The notes beneath the pieces were generated by a model. That model was not told the origin of the DNA and did not search any database. It was given only the letters and a program-made list of their open reading frames with translations. Made by a program: the position numbers and the translations under genes. This document shows, in pieces, positions 1 to 9,719 of a stretch of DNA of 32,000 nt (positions are counted from its first letter, which is position 1; each line of letters opens with the position of its first letter). Where the stretch lies: positions 17,719-49,718 of the forward strand of contig JADLEK010000014.1 of assembly GCA_020846135.1 (NCBI GenBank). The letters are read 5' to 3'. Origin of the DNA: Gammaproteobacteria bacterium (lineage in GTDB: Bacteria; Pseudomonadota; Gammaproteobacteria; Competibacterales; Competibacteraceae).

Positions 1-823
1 TGGCGAACAGGGTCAGCAGCAGCGTCACCACATGCTCGCCGCCGCCCAGGGTCAACTTGGTAAAGTTGGGCAGTTGCGCCAGATAGACGCTGCCCAGAAA
101 CCAGAACCAGGAAATGCCGAGAACCGATTGGAAAACGGTGAAATTTTCGTAGGTAAACTTGAGAATATTCCAGGTCTCGCTGACCGGGTTCCAGTTGATT
201 TTCAGGTCGGGGGCGGCAGGCGGCGCTTTCGGAATCGCCAGACTGCTCAGAAACCCAAGGATGGCAATGGTGATCACCGCACACGATACCCAGAGATGAC
301 CCTGCTGCCAGGCGATCAGAATCCCGCCAAGCATGGTGCCGAGCAAAATCGCCATGTTGGTGCCCATTTCGATCCAGGCATTACCGCCGATCAATTCTTC
401 CGGGCGCAGATGCTGCGGCATGATGCTGTACTTGACCGGTCCGAACAGCGTCGAATGCAATCCCATCATGAACAGCATCGCGATCAGGAGCGGTACGCTG
501 TTGAGCATAAATCCCGCCGCTGCGCCCAGCATGATGATGATTTCCAGCAGCTTGACCCAGCGGATGTAGCGCGACTTTTCAAACTTGTCGGAGAGTTGCC
601 CGGCGGTCGCCGAGAACAGGAAGAACGGCAACACGAACAGCGCGGCGCTGAGATTGATCAACAGATTGGAGCGGGAAGGGTCGCTGGCCGCAATCTGGAA
701 CGCGATCAGAATAATCAGGGCGTTCTTGAACACGTTGTCGTTGAACGCGCCCAGAAACTGGGTGATAAAGAACGGCAGAAACCGCCGTTGCTTCAACAGG
801 GTGAATTCATTATCGTGAGCCAT
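1..823 (-). CDS. MFS transporter, LplT-like (lysophospholipid transporter type); 3' end outside window
   Basis: Absent from the supplied ORF track because it runs off the left edge. Manual reverse translation from the ATG at 823-821 gives MAHDNEFTLLKQRRFLPFFITQFLGAFNDNVFKNALIILIAF...SATAGQLSDKFEKSRYIRWVKLLE...LFGPVKYSIMPQHL... The frame has repeated hydrophobic helices and stays open to position 1. The + strand ORF 32..958 lying over it is a shadow frame. Confidence 0.75.
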   Translation of the reverse strand, partial: MAHDNEFTLLKQRRFLPFFITQFLGAFNDNVFKNALIILIAFQIAASDPSRSNLLINLSAALFVLPFFLFSATAGQLSDKFEKSRYIRWVKLLEIIIMLGAAAGFMLNSVPLLIAMLFMMGLHSTLFGPVKYSIMPQHLRPEELIGGNAWIEMGTNMAILLGTMLGGILIAWQQGHLWVSCAVITIAILGFLSSLAIPKAPPAAPDLKINWNPVSETWNILKFTYENFTVFQSVLGISWFWFLGSVYLAQLPNFTKLTLGGGEHVVTLLLTLFA

Positions 824-958
824 GCGACGAGATTCTCCGAAAAGCGGATCAGCGCATCAGGGGTAGCCATCGGCTCCTGTGCAGTCAGTCACATGATAGC
901 TGTTGGCAGTCAGCGACTACCTGCTATTTTCACCACCTCATTATTGATTACTCCCGCC

Positions 959-1759
959 ATGCTCCTCCTAACTAAGATTCTCAGCCAAATCGCCTACCCC
1001 CTACTGATGGCGCTGCTCCTGGCGATGGTGGCGGGCATTCTGTCTTGGCGCGGCTGGCGGCGCACCGGAGTCGGGCTGCTCGCCATTGCGCTGGGCTGGC
1101 TGTGGTTGTGGGCGACCCCGGTCTTCAGCGACTGGCTGCGGACCGGGCTGGAGCAGCGCTACCCGTCCGGGCGGGTTGAAGACTTGCAGGTCGTCGATGC
1201 GGTGGTGGTTTTGGGTGGGGCCATGGAAGCCGCCGCGCCGCCGGAACGGCTCTACCCTAATCTTGGCGCCGCCGTTGACCGGGTCTGGCACGCCGCCCGG
1301 ATCTATCGCGCCGGCAAAGCGCCGGTCATTCTGGTTAGTGGCGGCAATCTGCCCTGGTCCAATATCGAACGTCCGGAAGCCGAGGTCATGGCCGAACTGC
1401 TTGAGGAACTCGGGATTCCCGCCTCCGCCATTCTCCGCGAATCCGCCAGCCGCACCACCCGTGATAACCGGGATTTTTCCTTGCCGCTGCTGCGCACCCA
1501 CGACATCCGGCGCATTCTGCTGGTGACTTCCGCCCTGCACTTGCCCCGGGCGCTGGCGCTGTTTCAGGACAGCGATCTCGTGGTGATTCCAGCGCCAACC
1601 GATGTGGAAGTGATCGAGAGTAGCGCAGCTCACCCGCTGCGCTGGCTGCCCGATGCGCAAGCCTTGGCGGACAGCAGTCGCGCCTTCAAGGAGTATTTGG
1701 GCGCCTGGGTGGATCGTAGCTGGCCGGTCAGCGTAGTTCCGCCAACAGGTGGGCGATGA
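959..1759 (+). CDS. DUF218 / YdcF (ElyC-SanA-like) family envelope protein
   Basis: This is the 3' portion of ORF 32..1759, taken from the in-frame ATG at 959. It has an N-terminal TM helix (MLLLTKILSQIAYPLLMALLLAMVAGIL). DUF218-type motifs follow: VVVLGGA, ILVSGG, ESASRTTRDN and LLVTSALHLPRA. Start choice is uncertain. Confidence 0.75.
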   Translation: MLLLTKILSQIAYPLLMALLLAMVAGILSWRGWRRTGVGLLAIALGWLWLWATPVFSDWLRTGLEQRYPSGRVEDLQVVDAVVVLGGAMEAAAPPERLYPNLGAAVDRVWHAARIYRAGKAPVILVSGGNLPWSNIERPEAEVMAELLEELGIPASAILRESASRTTRDNRDFSLPLLRTHDIRRILLVTSALHLPRALALFQDSDLVVIPAPTDVEVIESSAAHPLRWLPDAQALADSSRAFKEYLGAWVDRSWPVSVVPPTGGR

Positions 1760-1834
1760 GATGTTCGGCCTGAGCTAGGTAACCGCCGCCAAACAGGTTG
1801 AGGTGGTTGGTCGTCGCCCCGCCCTGAGCGGATG

Positions 1835-1862
1835 AAAAAGGGGCGGTCGTAGCCCCGCCCCC
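1835..1862 (-). terminator. Rho-independent terminator downstream of dctM
   Basis: A 7-bp GC stem pairs GGGGCGG (1840-1846) with CCGCCCC (1855-1861) around an 8-nt loop. On the minus strand it is followed by TTTTT (complement of 1835-1839). It lies 22 nt after the dctM stop, between convergent genes. Confidence 0.55.
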
Positions 1863-1883
1863 TTACTTCATTCGAGGCAACCG

Positions 1884-3161
1884 CTAGAACAGCAACTGGG
1901 GCAGGAACAGACTGACCTGCGGGACATAGGTGATGATCATCAGGAACGTCAGCATGATCATCAGCCACGGCATGGCGGCTTTGACCACATCCCAGAGCGG
2001 CATTCCGGTAATTCCCGAAGTCACGAACAGGTTCAATCCCACTGGCGGGGTAATCATGCCGATTTCCATGTTCACCACCATGATGATGCCCAGATGGACC
2101 GGATCAATGCCCAGTCGGGTCGCAATGGGAAACAGGATCGGGGCCAAAATAAGCAGGATCGACGATGGCTCCATGAAGTTGCCGGCGATCAACAGGATGA
2201 TGTTGACCACGATTAGGAATTGCCAGGGTGCCAGACCCCAGCCGATGATCGTTTCCGCCATCACCTGCGGGATCCGCTCGGTGGTCAGCACATGGGCGAA
2301 CAGCATGGCGTTGGCGATGATGAACAACAGCATCACCGTGACCTTGCCCGCATCGGCGAATACATGGGGGATTTGTCCCCAGCTCATGTCCTTATGGATG
2401 AACAGAGCGACGATGAAGGCGTAAACCGCCGCGACGGCAGCGGCTTCGGTCGCGGTAAAGATGCCGCCGTAGATGCCGCCCATCACTACGAAAATCAGCC
2501 CCAGCCCCCAGGAGGCGTCGCGGGTCGCCACCAGCAACTCCGGCACGGATGCCCGCTTCTGCACCGGAATCTTGAACTTGCGGGCGCTGAAATAGATCGC
2601 CCCCATCAGCATCAGCCCCAGCAAAATGCCGGGAATGACGCCCGCCATAAACAACTGGCCGACCGACTGCTCAGTCGCGGCGGCGTACACCACCATCACG
2701 ATGGAGGGCGGAATCAGAATCCCCAGAGTGCCGGCGTTGCAGATCATGCCGGCGGCATAGGATTGCGGATAACCGGATTTGACCATCGCGCCGATGACAA
2801 TCGAGCCAATCGCCGCCACGGTCGCCGGCGATGACCCGGAGACAGCGGCAAACAGCATACAGGCCAGCACCGAGGCAATGCCCAGCCCGCCGTGGAAATG
2901 CCCGACTGCGGCGATGGCGAAGCGGATCAAGCGCCGCGCCACCCCGCCGGTGGTCAGGAACGCCGAGGCTAGAATGAAGAACGGAATCGCCAGCAGAGTG
3001 TAATGCTCCATGGTGTCGAACAGCTTGAGCGACATCGACGCCAGCGAGTCATTGGTGAAAAACAGGATGGTCAGAATGCTCGACAAGCCGAGAGAAAACG
3101 CAATCGGCACGCCCATGATCAGAAACAGAAACAGCAGGCCAAACAGGCACAGGGAGGTCAT
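1884..3161 (-). CDS. dctM: TRAP transporter large permease subunit
   Basis: 425-aa polytopic membrane protein with a typical DctM N-terminus (MTSLCLFGLLFLFLIMGVPIAFSLGLSS). Its start overlaps the dctQ stop by 4 bp (ATGA). Confidence 0.9.
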   Translation of the reverse strand: MTSLCLFGLLFLFLIMGVPIAFSLGLSSILTILFFTNDSLASMSLKLFDTMEHYTLLAIPFFILASAFLTTGGVARRLIRFAIAAVGHFHGGLGIASVLACMLFAAVSGSSPATVAAIGSIVIGAMVKSGYPQSYAAGMICNAGTLGILIPPSIVMVVYAAATEQSVGQLFMAGVIPGILLGLMLMGAIYFSARKFKIPVQKRASVPELLVATRDASWGLGLIFVVMGGIYGGIFTATEAAAVAAVYAFIVALFIHKDMSWGQIPHVFADAGKVTVMLLFIIANAMLFAHVLTTERIPQVMAETIIGWGLAPWQFLIVVNIILLIAGNFMEPSSILLILAPILFPIATRLGIDPVHLGIIMVVNMEIGMITPPVGLNLFVTSGITGMPLWDVVKAAMPWLMIMLTFLMIITYVPQVSLFLPQLLF

Positions 3162-3757
3162 GGCGCTTTCTCCTCGCGGTTGATGGGAGCCGAGGGATGT
3201 TCCGGATGCAGGACTTCGATCGCCTCAACCGTTTCCACGGACTCAACCGCTTCAATGGCCTCGCGGGCCTCGTCAGCCAGTCGTAACCCTTCCTGGCGGC
3301 CATGCACGGTATGCCAGGCGACTTGCAACAGGCGCAGCAGGGCCAGCGCCAGGCCAACCGGTAACATGATGAACGGAACCCAGCGCGGAATCGGCAGATC
3401 TTGAGCTTCGATGCCAATCGAGTAGAGCTTGTGGACATAGCCGGTAGCGCCCACCAGCAGAATGATGCAATAGGCACAGCAGCACAGCACGGCGATCAGC
3501 CCGACCGCGCGGCGCAAGGGGTAGGCGAACTGACGCACCACCACATCGATGCCAATGTGTGCGCCAACCTTGATGCCATAAGACACGCCAAACAGCACCA
3601 GCCAGGCGAACAGATAGGTGGTCAATTCCAGCGCCCAGCCAAAACCCGCGCCAAAAAAATAGCGGGCGACGACCTGGCTAAAAGTGATCAGGGTCATCAA
3701 TCCCAGCAGCAGGGCAATGAAGCCCTCCTCCAGATGATGCGCAATACGGATTAACAT
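3158..3757 (-). CDS. dctQ: TRAP transporter small permease subunit
   Basis: Four-TM small protein located between dctP and dctM. I prefer the ATG at 3757 (MLIRIAHHLEEG), which is preceded by GGAGAG, over the track start at 3793. It has an acidic C-terminal tail (EAIEAVESVETVEAIEV). Confidence 0.85.
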   Translation of the reverse strand: MLIRIAHHLEEGFIALLLGLMTLITFSQVVARYFFGAGFGWALELTTYLFAWLVLFGVSYGIKVGAHIGIDVVVRQFAYPLRRAVGLIAVLCCCAYCIILLVGATGYVHKLYSIGIEAQDLPIPRWVPFIMLPVGLALALLRLLQVAWHTVHGRQEGLRLADEAREAIEAVESVETVEAIEVLHPEHPSAPINREEKAP

Positions 3758-3835
3758 GCGGAACTCTCCGAACGGAAGCGCGAGAATAACCACCCCATGC
3801 GAACATGAGGCGGTCCGATCAGTCAGGAAGAGGCG

Positions 3836-4912
<1,077 letters not shown>

Positions 4913-4976
4913 CTAACCATCAAAGATAGAAGAGAACAGCGCGAATGTATGTGCAAGACCTACCGCTGATTTTCCG

Positions 4977-5046
4977 GTCATCCCGGGGCAACTGGGTATC
5001 CAGTCGGTTTAGCAGATCACTGGATTCCCGCATACGCGGGAATGAC
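4977..5046. repeat. REP/MITE-like palindromic element (the 'LDSR.RGNDE / VIPA.AGI' type intergenic repeat)
   Basis: The arms are imperfectly inverted (GTCATCCCGG...GGTATCCAGT // CACTGGATTC...CGGGAATGAC). A perfect inner hairpin pairs ATTCCCGC with GCGGGAAT around the loop atac (5024-5043). It is non-coding and lies upstream of dctP. Confidence 0.6.
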
Positions 5047-5059
5047 GAAAATATAAAAT

Positions 5060-5096
5060 CCTGAATTTATTGGCGAATCCCGATCCCGCGGTGTAG
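5060..5096. repeat. 37-bp direct repeat, left copy (non-coding duplicate of the yadH 3' end)
   Basis: CCTGAATTTATTGGCGAATCCCGATCCCGCGGTGTAG is identical at 37/37 positions, in the same orientation, to 13568-13604. Confidence 0.95.
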
Positions 5097-5230
5097 GGGT
5101 CTTGGAATAACGACTCTGGAGACTTGTGCTTAGCCAAGCGGCCGGTGAGCAAACCCGGCGATCGCGATGCGATGACCGGATTCCGGATTCTGCAGGAAGA
5201 ATGAGCTTGATTGACGTGCGCAGCTCGGGG

Positions 5231-6040
5231 TCAGGGATCGTAGCGACCCCGGCAGGCGTTCAACAGAATGGTCAGGACCGCCAGATTGCCTTGGATACTG
5301 CTGATCTTGGTGGGGACTTGGCCGGTAGCGGGGTAGCGACGAGTGGTGGGCAATTCGAGACAGCGATAGCCCAGTTTTGGCGCTCGGTAGGACAGATAGG
5401 CCAGCAGTTCGTAAGTCAAGAAGATGTCCCTGAACGGGGCGACTTTAGGATCGAACAGCAGTTTGCGGCTATACGCTCTGAATCCCTGGGTGGTGTCGGT
5501 CCAGTGAAACCCGGAACAAAAGCTCAGCAATGGCGCATGGACCCAACGAATAGCAAATTCGCGAAATTTCGGCGTGTTTTCGCCAACCCCGCCGGGGATA
5601 TAGCGTGAGGCTTGGACGAAATCCGCGCCGTTTTGCAGGGCGTTGATAAATCGGGGGATGGCGGCGGGATCGTCCTTGTTGTTGCCGTCAATGGTGACAA
5701 TGCCTGCATAGCCCTGTCCAAGGGCGAAGGCATAGGCGCAACGAAGTTGGGCGCTCAGCTTGCCGGGTCCGGTTTTGACCAACAGACCGCGTACACCCTG
5801 AGCTTGAAGTGCAACTGTGTTCAGCGAACCGTCGGTGCTGCCGCCGTCCACAATCAAAATATCCGCCAGATTCTGAATTCCAAGAGTCGCCATTCGGTCG
5901 AGCAGCTTTCCAATCCGCTCGCCTTCGTTAATGACCGGAATGACAATGCACCACGGCTGACCTTGACCTAGCCATAAACGGGTTTCAAAGGCGGGCACTT
6001 GCCAAGTGGCGCGGATTTCCGGGGTTATCTCAGCGTTCAT
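5231..6040 (-). CDS. Family 2 glycosyltransferase, soluble DPM1-like
   Basis: GT2 hallmarks are present: CIVIPVINEGERI, ILIVDGGSTDGS and VTIDGNNKDDPAAIP. There is no C-terminal TM helix. The ATG at 6040 (MNAEITPE) is preferred over the track start at 6079. Confidence 0.8.
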   Translation of the reverse strand: MNAEITPEIRATWQVPAFETRLWLGQGQPWCIVIPVINEGERIGKLLDRMATLGIQNLADILIVDGGSTDGSLNTVALQAQGVRGLLVKTGPGKLSAQLRCAYAFALGQGYAGIVTIDGNNKDDPAAIPRFINALQNGADFVQASRYIPGGVGENTPKFREFAIRWVHAPLLSFCSGFHWTDTTQGFRAYSRKLLFDPKVAPFRDIFLTYELLAYLSYRAPKLGYRCLELPTTRRYPATGQVPTKISSIQGNLAVLTILLNACRGRYDP

Positions 6041-6103
6041 CGTTTTAATCCATATGGATACACAAATAAATTCAACCAAAAAATGGTATAGAAGCCGTAT
6101 CGC

Positions 6104-7712
6104 TCATTTGATATTCGCTACTGATATATTCTGAAATGAATCAGTATTGGGGTCATAAACAATTGCTCCTGCATATTCATATACATTGGATATTAGAAAC
6201 GTGCTTTTTACATTCAGCAATACTCCAGCGCACGCTTTCCTACCAACAACCAAAGATTTTAATTGGTCTGCGTTCTTGATTCCTTCAAAAACGCCTCGAT
6301 TAAGAGAAAGATTAACCCATCCTCGCACGGATGAATTCAAAGCATAGAGTACACAGGGTTCAGAGTATGAAGGAAGCTGATCGAGGAGTAACTTATTATT
6401 TTTTAAAGCCACACTAACGTCTATTTCTCTTGCTCGTACTTGAAAAATAACCAAGTTTGATATTAACCCAATTATTAGCAAAGAAGTCAGTAAAATGCGG
6501 ATTTTGATCTTGGCAATATGAATGCTTAGCGCAATCAGGAGCATCATTGGAACAATCGCTTTGAGTCTATCAAAACTATAGCTATATGCATGATTCATAA
6601 GCAGAAAATTTTCTAATAGAGGAGTAGATGATGCAATTAGCATAAGAACTATTACTCTTTTATTAATTATAGCATTACGATAACGCCAGATTATATACGT
6701 CGAAATAGTTGCAACTAAAGGAAGAATCCCATAAGACATGATGTGTCCATATCCTAAGTGAAATGGAGTAGAACGTAGGCCACTACGAGCAAAAAATCGG
6801 CGAGATAAAGCATAAATAGTATTTTCTGCACCAGCGACCCAGATAAAGTGAAGTAAAAACAATATAATTGCGATAACCGATGAAAAAATAATACCAAATG
6901 TAAGCCAATACAGTTTGTTATTTTTATTTTTGCGAGCCAAGTAAAAAATAATCCCAGCATTAGTCACAGCCGTTAAATAGCCAGTCCATTCTGTCATTGC
7001 ACCTAAAAAAGTTGCCCCTATCAATATTAAAGCAGTTGTTGTGACTGGACTGGACTGGACTGGAACCATAATAGCCGATTAACTTAAATAGCGCTATAAG
7101 CTGAGTTAACCAAAAGATTTGAAACAAAGAGTGGTGCCAATAAATTACTCCATGAGAGTAAAGTGCTTCATTAGAAAATATGTAAAATAAGGTAAGACTT
7201 ACAACTGCTACAGCACGGCTCACTGAAGATAATCCGAAATTTGTTAAGAATACACTCACCACCCATGCAAAAAGAAAAGTTGCTATCAAATGAATGAGCA
7301 TATTAAAAAATGCCAAGTTTTCTATCGTCAAATCATAACCAGTAGCCTCAAAATATAGATAAGGAATGAAAAAACCCAATGGAGAAAAAGAGGTATAATA
7401 GTAGTTACCATAGCTATCCGGTACTGTCGCGCCCCACGGGATGTTTTTATCCTCTGGATTGCCTAAACTTACAATGGGTAAAAATTTGTGAACACCGAAA
7501 GGAGTCGATTGAAGTGCTTTAATTGTGAGAAGAACGTGGTAACTAGCATCTATGTTATCGATAACATATCGATTACTATCATGATGGGTAGTTCGCAAAA
7601 AATATGAGAGCAAGAATAACGATAAAATACCAACAAAGATAAAAGTCAAAAGGAGAGAAGAAAAACTACGATATTGCGAACCGCCATTAGATACGCTCAA
7701 ATCGTGATTCAT
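6104..7712 (-). pseudogene. Polytopic membrane protein with GT-C-like architecture, split into two frames at a pentanucleotide repeat (candidate phase-variable gene, OFF state)
   Basis: The upstream fragment is 7712..6960 (ATG at 7712, RBS AAGGAA, MNHDLSVSNGG...). The downstream fragment is 7069..6104 in the +1 frame. Both are rich in hydrophobic helices and end with a C-terminal soluble domain of about 110 aa. The span is 1609 nt, so adding 5 nt gives one 537-codon ORF. GC is about 33%. Confidence 0.7.
7043..7064 (-). repeat. Pentanucleotide tandem repeat: (GACTG)x4+GA on the + strand, (TCCAG)x4+TC on the coding strand
   Basis: Read directly from gtGACTGGACTGGACTGGACTGGAacc. It sits exactly where the two reading frames of the split membrane-protein gene overlap. 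Confidence 0.95.
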
Positions 7713-7726
7713 TTGATATTCCTTTT

Positions 7727-8080
7727 TTACGCACGCACAGTAATCAAAACCACGCCGACCATCACCAGTACAATGCCCGCGATGGTCGTCCAGTGAAAAG
7801 GCTCCCGGAATAGCACCAGAGATAACACAGCGACGGTTGCCACCGCTCCCGATGTCAATATTGGATGCGCCACGTTCAAGGGCAGCACCGACAACGCGGC
7901 GGCATACAGTAGGAATGCGCCGCCGTACAACGCCAGTCCCAGCCAGAACGGCCAATTGCTCAAGGCGCCAATAGGATCGCTGAGCGAAGGAAACTGACGC
8001 GGCGGCAGCATCGCGAATTTGACCAGCACACTGGCCGATGCGTTGGCGGCAATCCCGGAGAGCAGAATCAACCATTTCAT
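7727..8080 (-). CDS. Small four-TM EamA/SMR-like protein, ArnE/ArnF-type (putative undecaprenyl-phosphate-sugar flippase subunit)
   Basis: 117 aa with four hydrophobic helices and an LPLNVAHPIL motif, as in ArnE/F-type proteins. Its start overlaps the upstream gene's stop by ATGA. Confidence 0.7.
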   Translation of the reverse strand: MKWLILLSGIAANASASVLVKFAMLPPRQFPSLSDPIGALSNWPFWLGLALYGGAFLLYAAALSVLPLNVAHPILTSGAVATVAVLSLVLFREPFHWTTIAGIVLVMVGVVLITVRA

Positions 8081-8919
8081 ACCGATGCTCCGTTTCCAGC
8101 CCAGTCGTCCCGGTAATAACGAATCGCGACTTGCAAGGCGCGCTCGACAGCTTGCAGCGGCGGCTCTTGTTTGGCAGCCAGCATTTCAATCGTCACGATC
8201 TGATCCGGTAGTGTGGCGTTCAAAGCTCGGCTCGCCGCGTGATGATCGCAACCGCCATCGCCCAGAGTTGCCAAATCCGGTTCGCTGGCATGGACATGAC
8301 CGATCAGAGTGGAATAGCTGGCTATGACTGCTTCGGGCGCCTCGTCGTTGAGGGCCATTGCCCCGGTGTCGAGTTGCATCCGAATCGCCGGATGATCAAC
8401 CTGCTTCACTATCGCCGCTGTTTCGGCGCTGTTGGTCATGAAATTGGCGCCGTAGCAGGGCGGATTGGGTTCCAGGCAGACCCGCACTCCGTGAACGCTG
8501 GCGCTATTGCCCAAGCGCCGGAAGAACTCCACAGCCACGGTTTCGGTTTGAGCATCGCTGAGGCTGCCGCGATCCCGATTTTTCGGGGAGCCGAACACCA
8601 GTCGGGTCGCGCCCAGACCGCCGCCAATCCGGCACACCGCGTCCAGATGCGCCAACATGGCGGTTTGTATCTCAGGGCTGGCGAACAGGTTCAGGCCAGT
8701 GGTTCCAAACAGCAACGCCTGCATTCCGGTGATTTCGATGCCGCGCTTGCGCCACCAATCGCTTACCCGGCTCATATCGTCCGGGGTCGCTTGCCGGGGA
8801 TCGGGGAAATACTTGCCGGGGGCAATGTCTATGGCGTCTACGTTGTATTGATGCAGCAGATCCGCCACCGCTTCGTCATCGCGCACGTCCCAAGCGATAT
8901 TGGAGATGGCGATTCTCAT
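8077..8919 (-). CDS. Sugar phosphate isomerase/epimerase, xylose-isomerase-like TIM barrel
   Basis: From the ATG at 8919 (MRIAISNIAWD...). It shows the pattern typical of the AP-endonuclease-2/xylose-isomerase TIM family (LVFGSPKNR, VCLEPNP, HVHASE). It has ATGA overlaps at both ends. The track start at 9018 is an extension. Confidence 0.7.
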   Translation of the reverse strand: MRIAISNIAWDVRDDEAVADLLHQYNVDAIDIAPGKYFPDPRQATPDDMSRVSDWWRKRGIEITGMQALLFGTTGLNLFASPEIQTAMLAHLDAVCRIGGGLGATRLVFGSPKNRDRGSLSDAQTETVAVEFFRRLGNSASVHGVRVCLEPNPPCYGANFMTNSAETAAIVKQVDHPAIRMQLDTGAMALNDEAPEAVIASYSTLIGHVHASEPDLATLGDGGCDHHAASRALNATLPDQIVTIEMLAAKQEPPLQAVERALQVAIRYYRDDWAGNGASV

Positions 8920-9719
8920 TGGCCCATTCCCGCGTTTTTCAGAGTGACCGGTTCCGATTGCGCATAGGCCCGAATCGCCAGTAGCGTTTCCCGCTTGCTG
9001 TACTGATATGCGCCGCAACCGCCGAATAGCGCGGCGTGTTTGGATTGGAAATCGTAGCAGGCCGGTGGATTGGCGAGGGTGTTTTGAAACTCCCGGCCAA
9101 ATCCATGTTGGGCGACTTCGGCGACGCTAATCGGCTCGGCGGTTAAGTGGACAAATGAAAGTTGCGCCTGCAATGCGGTTTGAATGTCGTACCAGAGATT
9201 GACCATTGGATAGAACTGGAACACGCCACGGCTCTCAATGGCGTCCAGATTATTCTGATTCAGGAAATCGAAAATAACGTTCTTGCGTAAACCAGGACCA
9301 ACCAGTCCCGGCAGCCGCACGATCAAATGCCGGGGAAAGTGGGACTCGACAAAGGTTTCCAAATACCGGCGATGCAGGCCATAAGGTTGCAAGCCGGTTT
9401 CATCAACCGCTGTGTCCTCGGTGACGCCAAATGGAATCTTGAATACGTCTACGGTGCTGATGAGGATAAATTCTTGGGTTTTTATTTCCCTAAGATTATT
9501 TTTTAACTCATTTATGTTATTTAGATCAGCATCAGGATTTTTGTTTGCAATCCATTTCTGGGCTGGAGCAGCGCAGCAAACTGTGATCGGGAATACTTTA
9601 CCAAATCCGTCTGAGAAATTTTCTCGACCTAACAGTGTTGATGAATGGCATTGTCTAGCTATAGAGCTTCCAACAAACCCTTTTGCCCCAATGATTAACA
9701 TATTGTCATCTAAGTTCAT
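8916..9719 (-). CDS. NAD(P)-dependent epimerase/dehydratase-family SDR (atypical)
   Basis: From the ATG at 9719 (MNLDDNMLIIGAKGFVGSS), which carries the Rossmann GxxGxxG. LISTVDVF and PYGLHRRYLE align with the S...YxxxK signature, but R replaces K. The 5' third of the gene is AT-rich and the remainder is GC-rich. Confidence 0.7.
   Translation of the reverse strand: MNLDDNMLIIGAKGFVGSSIARQCHSSTLLGRENFSDGFGKVFPITVCCAAPAQKWIANKNPDADLNNINELKNNLREIKTQEFILISTVDVFKIPFGVTEDTAVDETGLQPYGLHRRYLETFVESHFPRHLIVRLPGLVGPGLRKNVIFDFLNQNNLDAIESRGVFQFYPMVNLWYDIQTALQAQLSFVHLTAEPISVAEVAQHGFGREFQNTLANPPACYDFQSKHAALFGGCGAYQYSKRETLLAIRAYAQSEPVTLKNAGMGQ

Noticed and set aside
32-958. The 5' two-thirds of the 575-aa + strand ORF 32..1759.
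   Set aside because: It is R/Q/G-rich, low-complexity and non-protein-like. It is antisense to a convincing minus-strand MFS gene (1-823) that the track misses because that gene runs off the edge. Only 959-1759 is a real gene.
3158-3300. Repetitive acidic EAIEAVESVETVEAIEV tail of DctQ.
   Set aside because: It is a short, low-complexity C-terminal extension with no repeat structure at the DNA level beyond codon similarity. It is not evidently functional.
7713-8189. The N-terminal 159 aa of ORF 6960..8189.
   Set aside because: It is a shadow frame over the ArnE/F-like gene and the end of the TIM-barrel gene. It is Arg/Gly-rich, and the real start is the ATG at 7712, which has an RBS.
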